From: Adineta vaga
Lineage: Eukaryota; Animalia; Rotifera
DNA: 64,000 bases
Reading direction: 5' to 3'
NCBI GenBank assembly: GCA_021613535.1
Contig: CP075494.1
Location: 7,192,001-7,256,000 of the forward strand
Part shown: positions 56,208-64,000 of the stretch, piece after piece
Layout of the letters: each line of letters starts with the position of its first letter
Numbering within the stretch: position 1 is the first letter of the stretch
Notes under the pieces: model-generated
The model's input: only the letters and a program-made list of their open reading frames with translations
Database searches by the model: none
What the model was told of the DNA's origin: nothing
Program-made: the position numbers and the translations under genes

Positions 56208-57881
56208 AGTAGAATGTTCTGATTTCAAATCATTGCAGATGTGAATGTGAATGTTTTATAAACCGTTTGTACTATACATCAACTTTTTGATAAATGAAAT
56301 TTTACATGCATTGTATAGGAACTACTGGTCTTCTTTTGTTAAACATGGCTTCTTAACTTATGAGATTGGAACTGATCACAAAGAACCATCGATGAAACAA
56401 AATTGCTATTGCTGTATCAGTTTCAACGATAAATATTTTAAAATTTTGGAAAGAATTTGATTCTATGCTAGAATGATGAATAAATGTGTTATATAAATAT
56501 TTCTACATAATCTTGGAATTCTACTATGTAAGATAAGATGAAAATGTACCAAAGAATTCAATATATATATAGATAGTATTTCTGTTTTCAACAGAAGAGA
56601 ACTATTCAATTCTTCACTTTTCTTCTCTTACTACAGAAATGAATGAATATATAAGCTAACTAGTAACCATATCCTTAAAAGCGCTAAAATATGTGATTTC
56701 TTATCAGATTATTTCTACAAAACAATACTTTTTTGTTGTCAATATGATCGACAGACTTTTGAAAGTCGCGATTAAGCGTCAAGACTGCCGATTTTGAAGA
56801 CGTGGGTGGTATTTATTAAAATGGTTGCAATAGTGATAATTAAAAACAGCCTATTTGAATCGATCGTGAATAAATAGCAAGTGTTCTCGAGTATTGTTTA
56901 CTGCTGTTTAGTTGATGAACATTTATACAAATGTGTATAAGAGTATCGGGTAGACGTTACTTCTGACACATGTTTGCATTTCATACACCTTCATACAGTC
57001 AAAACATGTTCGTAATAACATCTTATCATTTTAAAAGTTCAAAGAACAACTACATCCTATTCGATTTGAAATTACCATTTCACATTATTCATCAGTTTTA
57101 AGTACATTCCTTAAGTAATCTTAGAACATTGACGTTCACTTATCACGGATATCGTATTCATTCATCTACGATTATTCTAGTTTCTATATCATTTGACATC
57201 GCCTTTCGAAAAGAAGAAGAAGTCGTATGTGAGAGACTGACGTTGCTAAAATTTGAAGATATGTGACAAATTTTCATGAAGTGTCGAATGTCTTTTACTT
57301 TCGAGAGATATATCATCATCTGAACTAGAACTGAAAGTTGCAAGTGTGAGAGAATATCACGTTTCTTCTAATCAAAATGTACTTGCAAGAAGAACGTCTA
57401 TGACCACTATTGTAACTTAAAATTAAATTAAAACTTAGATTGCAAAAGTTTACACCGCTAAGAATTCTAATTTTATCCTTACGTGAGTACTATACTTTAG
57501 TTCGTCTATATTTCTGTTGAACGTATACTCCACGTTATAGAATATTTGTCTTTTCACGAAGAAAGCCATGGTTCCGGTTCTACTGACATAATGTATTCAT
57601 TCACAGTAGGATCAATGATTTTCATGACGGAAACAAGTAGTTTTTGATCGTTTGTAAATCTTAATTAGAAGTGTACACTAAATCACTTGAAAAAAAAGCG
57701 ATATTAGCGACCTCTTATTACTTGGTGGTGTTCATATCTTATTCAAAATTTAAGTCACATTCAAACAAAACTCGCCTAGCTATGTTTGTCATTGTCTATA
57801 GGCAGTCGAAGATGCTATGATTCAAAATTTCGTCAGGATACAACCAGTTCAATTACGAGATCGTTCAGTTGAAGTAAAAAT

Positions 57882-58092
57882 TTCCTCTCTTCTTTCGACT
57901 AATTATTTGGCAAAAAGTTAAAAAAAAGCCGTCTCCATTCTAGATTGAATGAGATGCACAAAATGGAAAGCTAAACGGGAGTGAAGATGCTGAACAAAAA
58001 AGGAAATACTTGATACGCTAAGAAGACTTGGAGAAATACTAACAAATGATGCCAGTGATAATGAGAATTTCTCTATAATGACTAATTCATCA
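57882..58092 (+). repeat. Dispersed direct repeat, copy 2 (extra 30 nt; degenerate exon-like)
   Basis: Same core as 56028-56207 plus extra segment 58011-58040. Confidence 0.92.
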
Positions 58093-59986
58093 TTCGTTAT
58101 TTCAGTGAATATATCATGATGCATGAATTGAAAAACAATATTTTACATGGTATCATACTGATGATTTAGAAATCTAATGAAATGAATAGTGTCATATGTA
58201 ATTATTCTGACACATCAGGATTTGTGAAGATAGTTAGGGCAGGATGTGGAATATAGAACAGTTGAGCTTTATTATCGCCAAAAGTATTAATCATGACATT
58301 TAAGTATGAAAGATATTGGGTCGGAATTTAGGTCGTGAATAGAGTTACTTTTGTCTTTGGATTTCGAGATAAAGATGTGTTAAGCCAAGATTGCCGACTA
58401 GTTTTAGTACTATTGTATAAAGATCTATACGCTTATATATTATTTTTTTCATGAAATACTATTACTATGAGAAGAGATTTGGCTTAGATCCATTGAAATT
58501 AAAATAAATATTTTCTATCTTCTGCAATGTCAAAGTCTGTACGTGCTTCCGTTCAATTTAGTGATCGTGGTGAGACGTAAGCAACGAGCTGATACATGAC
58601 AAAGTGTTTCTGTTTCCTGATTAGACTTGCTATAATAAGTTTAGTCCAAAGGAGAGTACATGGAACTAAGAGTTCCTATCTATTTGTGTTTTTATAGAGA
58701 AAAAAACTCGAGAACTGAAATCAACATCATTAAGCAAATGTCACTAAAGAAGAAAATATAATAACAGGAAAAGAGGCATTTTGTTTAGCAAAATGTTTTC
58801 ATCCGCCAATGTTTTCTAAAGTCATGATTTCATAGTAAGTTCAATCTCCTACTTGCTTATTTGCCTTAGGAGATGTGGAGTGTCAAGTTTGATAGTTTTG
58901 AAAAGAATCAGGAATTATTCTAGTATTATCGGCATCATTCTGGGTAAAGGACTATAAGCTAATTTGTGATGGTAACCTTCGTATCAGTCTGTCCTGTTTC
59001 TATAAGAAATTTAAGGTTCATCAAAAATGTGTGAGGATTTCTCAAATTAGCTATGAGTAAAAAAACAAATTTCATTATGTAAAGAAAGTGTAGATTTAAT
59101 TATGATGATTGATTGATTGATTGTATGAAGAAGAATCCATCTTGTTCTTTTTTATTCGAGTATTCATTGAGATTAAACATCAGTAATTTCATTGACGTCA
59201 TATTGAGATTATTTATTAGTTTAGCATATGAATCTATTGAGATTTTGTCTTGTTTCATTATTATTCATCGTTTGACTAAACACCGGAATCAAGTCACCAA
59301 ACTCATTATAGCATCTGTCAAAATTAAAGTCTTCTATTTTTCAAGTGTTTCATGATATCCATGCAAGGCGGAAGTTAGAGATGTTATGAATAGAAAAATA
59401 GAGAATGTATCAAATATTACTCACATAATGAAAAAAAAGAGCGAGGAGGAGAGCGAGAGAAATATTAATTTTTCTTTCTCACTAATAGTCAAAATATTAT
59501 ACGACACAACATGGTTAGGACGTTATTTAGTATATATATATAGCGTTAAATAGAGAATTTGTCGATTTGAGTTTATTAGAGGGAGTGATATATAGATTAA
59601 CAGGATTTCTCATTCTTTTCCTTTATCCAAGAATTTTATGAACAAGTACGATGAGTTTAAGATGAGATTTTGATTATCTAAATGAGATGAACAGCAAGCC
59701 AGAGGCATGCCGTTGAAAACCAATTACTTCCCACTTATGAAGATTACGAAAAAGAAATTTTTTCTCTCTCTTTCTCTGTCCTCTTGTGTGTTACAGTAGT
59801 TAAATGTTCATAGACAGTGAGAAAATTAGTAAAACATTCCCACACATTTTGTCAAGTCATCAGAAATGACCGTTATGACTTCATTACATCTCATTTCTCA
59901 TATTTTCTTTCTTTCTTTAGATACTTTCATATAAAGAGCATCGATAGTTCAATAATTAATCTAAATTAAAACAAAAAAAGCTCGAT

Positions 59987-60343
59987 ATGTATTCATTTCG
60001 CTCACAATTATTAACATTATTTTGTGCTTTTTTCCTTCTCTTTTCTATTGTACACAGTTTTCGAATTGTAAGTTATGATCATTTTTATTTTAAAGCCTTG
60101 TTTTCATTTCATTCATTCATTATTTAGAGTGAACTTGATCGTGGTACGGATGACAAAAATGTTGCTAATGAACAGCCTGTTCATCGTGCTCGACTTCAAG
60201 GTATGGATCAAATTTTAAGTCGTCGAGCACTTTATGATCCAGCATTTGGTGACTCTTGGTCAAATTATCTCGAAAAGAAACGTACTCTTTTTGATCCAGC
60301 TTATGGTGAATGGGCGAACACATTCAAACGATCGGATGAATAA
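59987..60343 (+). CDS. 98-aa neuropeptide precursor, 2 exons, not in ORF track
   Basis: Signal peptide MYSFRSQLLTLFCAFFLLFSIVHS, intron 60068-60127 (GTAAGT...TTTAG), then RR-ALYDPAFGDSWSNYLE-KKR-TLFDPAYGEWANTF-KR-SDE*. Confidence 0.85.
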
Positions 60344-60956
60344 AATAAAATTGATCATACTTGCTTACATACATCATCCTCTCTCTCTCTCTTTTCTTTC
60401 TTTGAGAAAATCTTATTTAATAAAAATTTAACATGATTGCGATATCTGTATTGAATAACATTGTAATTCAAAAATCTTTATTTTCAATATCAATCAAATA
60501 ATATTATTACTATGTCAAATATCAAACAGTCTACTATACCCTTAGAACACATTCCGAGAAAAGTCTATGTTAATTAAATGCAAAATCATCGCTGAAGTTA
60601 GGGCATATTATTTAATATTTTTCAACCACTTTTTTTTGCTATGATTCTAGTCTCATTAATCATCAACTTATTATGACGCAGATGACTAAAATTGTGACAG
60701 GATATCCCAACTTTTATCGACAGATCATAATCGATGCTGTAAATATTGACTTTCGCAGAATGCATGCATATTTGACGTGCTAAAAATGAATATAGATGTC
60801 AAATTACATGGAAAACATATGAATAGCATGCACACCTGATGTAAATGTGACATGATGGAATATGACACCTTAAATACAAAATTAATTTATAGATATAAAT
60901 TTAATTAATCGAAGAAAAATAGTTTACTACACGAAGAAAATGTCATGATCAATAAG

Positions 60957-61403
60957 TTATGTACATCTTGGCAATTGTTGATCATAGTATTGATGAAAGT
61001 ATCTTTGTAAATTTATTTGTTCGTTTGGATGTTGTGATAATGAAGAACTATCGAGACAAAGTGGATCGAAAATATCTGGTTGAAGTAAAAGTTCAATGGG
61101 TCGATCATTACCATAAATATCTGTATCGATAGAATCATTGTTGTTTGTTACTTGTTGTTGTCGGCTCATTTGAATAAGTTCATTTAGATTCAATGGATCT
61201 TGTCGATTTCCTCCTAATAAAGAAAAAGATGGAAACTTGATCAATTGCTCTTTAGGTTTAGATACCTTTCGAGAACGAAATTGAACAGGTTTTCGAAAGT
61301 TTCTATTTTTTAAAGAAGAAAAAGTTTTGGATTTAAACGGTTGGTAACGAATATTCGACATAGTGGGACTAAAACTTGGTGAAGAATTAGCTGAAGTTCT
61401 CAT
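60957..61403 (-). CDS. ~148-aa protein with the MEPCE/Bin3 N-terminal motif and no methyltransferase domain
   Basis: FSLLGGNRQDPLNLNEL...PIELLLQPDIFDPLCL resembles MEPCE FLLGGNIFDPLNLNSL...VEILIPKDITDPLSL; acceptor at 61461-61460 upstream. Confidence 0.75.
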   Translation of the reverse strand: MRTSANSSPSFSPTMSNIRYQPFKSKTFSSLKNRNFRKPVQFRSRKVSKPKEQLIKFPSFSLLGGNRQDPLNLNELIQMSRQQQVTNNNDSIDTDIYGNDRPIELLLQPDIFDPLCLDSSSLSQHPNEQINLQRYFHQYYDQQLPRCT

Positions 61404-62128
61404 AATTGTAGACAAGTTATGATGAAATCGGATGTTTCGCAAAAGCGTCCTACTGCTAACTGAGAAATAGAAGAATGAAGAAATGAAATGATGAAATTTG
61501 TTTTGTTTATTTATCTGACTCATACAGAAGCAGAAATGGATGCATTGTAGTATTACGTGGATTGTGATCAAACTGTTTGATTTGAAGTGTAACTTGACAT
61601 CTACAAGGTTTTGTCATTGAGAAAGATTGTATATTTACATTAGATTGGTTAGTTTAGTTTGTCAAAACAACGGTTCAAATCCAGATGACAGAAGTATCAC
61701 ATTTTTTTCCATCTATTTTCTGTACTTAGAAGCATGAGATTTCTTCTGATGAGTATTTCCTTCAATTAATATCTCTCCAACCCTCCGTGGGTGTTTATAA
61801 CTCTTAGAAATTAAAAAATGAAAGTCAAAGGAGTTTATTCAAATAGCTCTATATCATTATTAACATATGAACTCCAACTGTGATCGATAAATATCAATCT
61901 TCGCTGTGGAGAAGAAGAAGCATAAATGCGATTCACTAACTAGACATTACCAAAATGCATTAGTGTGTTAGATATTTTGATTGAATGAATCAGAATCACT
62001 ATCAGCCACTAATCAAGCAAAAGAGCGAGCTGTGGTAATAAATAATCGAAAAGAAAAGATGATTAAATCTAATGCAATACAACTTTCTAATATTTGCCAT
62101 ATTTCATTTTTCTAGATTGAGATAAGAT

Positions 62129-64000
62129 ATGGGTATACAAAAGAATAAAACTCATGATCCATATGGTGCTGATGATGAAGATTTAAATAATCTTGAACAA
62201 TTATCTGCACCAGTGAAAAATATCGAGGTAAAGTCTAGATGAAATTTGATTGTTTTTTTTCTTCAAATTGATTGATCTCATAGGATAAATGGAAACTTGT
62301 TCCAGCTTTTTTAAAAATCAAAGGTCTTGTCAAACAACATTTGGATTCATTCGATTATTTTGTTAATACTGAAGTAAGTAATTACTAGAGTTTGATTTCT
62401 AAATCAAAGTTTTATTATTATAGATTAAAAAAATTATGGAAGCAAATCAAGAAATTCTCATCGAATCAGATCCTTCATTTTATATGAGGTTAGGAAATTT
62501 ATTCAATAAATAAAAGATTCTATTTGTACTTTTTATATTAGATATTTAAATATAGAAATTCTTTCACCATGTATTGAAGAAGGTTTTAATATTGTTCGAC
62601 CCATTACTCCTCATGAAGTATTATATTTTCATATTTTTTATTAACATAATATATGTTTATTTTTAGTGTCGTCTTCGTGATATGTCATATTCTGCTCCAA
62701 TCTCTGTTGATATTGAATATACTCGAGGAAATGAACGTGTTATACGGAAAGGTTTAATCATTGGAAGGTAAATTCATTTATTTCAAATCTAATGTACTTT
62801 TGATTGATGAATTTTAGATTACCAATTATGTTACGAAGTTGTAAATGTGTTCTCTATCAAAAAAATGAAGCAGAAATGGCTAAAATGAAAGAATGTCCAC
62901 TTGATCCAGGTGGCTATTTTATTACACGAGGTTAGAAGAATTTTTTCATTGATAAAATTAATCTTTGAAAATATTGCATTAGGAACCGAACGAGTTATTT
63001 TAATTCAAGAACAAATCTCAAAAAATCGAATGTTGATTGAAAAAGATTCAAAAGATCGTTTTCAATGTACTGTAACAAGGTATTTACGAAGTTTAATCTT
63101 ATTCATCATGAATCTACTCTATCTTTTACTATTTAGTACAACACAACAAACCAAAACCAAAACAGGTGTTTATGAAAGCAAAGGACGATATTTCTTAGCC
63201 CATAACAGTCTTACTGATGTAAGAAGTCATACATTTTCAAATACAAAATGATTTTTTTTCTCATGTATTCAAATTAGGATATTCCCATTGTCATCATATT
63301 TAAAGCATATGGAATTCAATCAGATCAAGAAATTGCAGAACTAGTCGGTTTTGAAGATGATATTTTGAATTGTTTTTCTGCATCAATTGAAGAATGTCAT
63401 CGATTAGGAATATTTACACAAATACAAGTAAAATGTTCTATATTCACTTGTTTATAATTTGTACATCTACTTCTTCAGGCATTGAAATACATTTCAACAA
63501 AAATGAAAAATTCATCGAAACAATATGCATCAAGTCAACCAACACGTCGTAATCGAACTGATGAAGCACGTGAATTACTAGCACAAATTATATTAGCTCA
63601 TGTACCAGTAAGTTAAAAAGTTGTTTAAAACGGAATACTTGTTCGTTTTCGTTTCCCCTTCTTATCAGAGGTTATTGAATATGATTATAAATTAAAAGCT
63701 GTCTATACTGCTTCAATGGTACGACGTGTTATTCAAGCTCAATTAGGTCTTGTCAATATGGATGATCGAGATTATTATGGAAATAAACGATTAGAATTAG
63801 CTGGACAATTAATTGCGATTCTTTTTGAAGATCTTTTTAAAAGATTTAATACAGAAGTGAGTTGTGAAAAAAATGAATGATGAGTTGAGAAAATATTCAA
63901 ATGATATTTTTAGTTACAAAAAATTGCTAATAAAACAATTCCACGTCAACGAGCACAACAATTTGATGTGGCAAAACATATTCGTCCTGATATAATTACG
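62129..64000 (+). CDS. POLR3B: RNA polymerase III second-largest subunit (RPC2), 5' part, runs off the window
   Basis: [88 protein letters not shown]. Confidence 0.97.

Overview
Very AT-rich, gene-dense animal genomic DNA with mostly ~45-65 nt GT-AG introns. This architecture and an apparently non-metazoan enzyme gene suggest a bdelloid rotifer (inference only). About 26 genes were reconstructed by eye: aquaporin, DYRK2, an amidated-neuropeptide precursor, C22orf39/UPF0545, two tandem SKP2 paralogues, an orphan, a TREX-like exonuclease, NAMPT, ACY1, SPTLC2, NOL6 (carrying a 540-aa intronless same-strand ORF in one intron), PDI, a frameshifted LAMP, a BTB protein, another orphan, a 45-aa transmembrane micropeptide, innexin, a C2orf73-like protein, a SERTA protein, a fungal-type phosphatidylserine decarboxylase, ATG14, PREB/SEC12, a second neuropeptide precursor, a stand-alone MEPCE/Bin3 N-terminal-motif protein, and the 5' part of POLR3B. 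The most notable observations are operon-like co-oriented gene runs with splice acceptors just before the ATGs, the nested gene, the probable horizontally acquired PSD, the MEPCE-motif-only gene, and two neuropeptide precursors. All homology calls are from remembered motifs; no searches were run. No tRNA, rRNA or CRISPR array was recognised.
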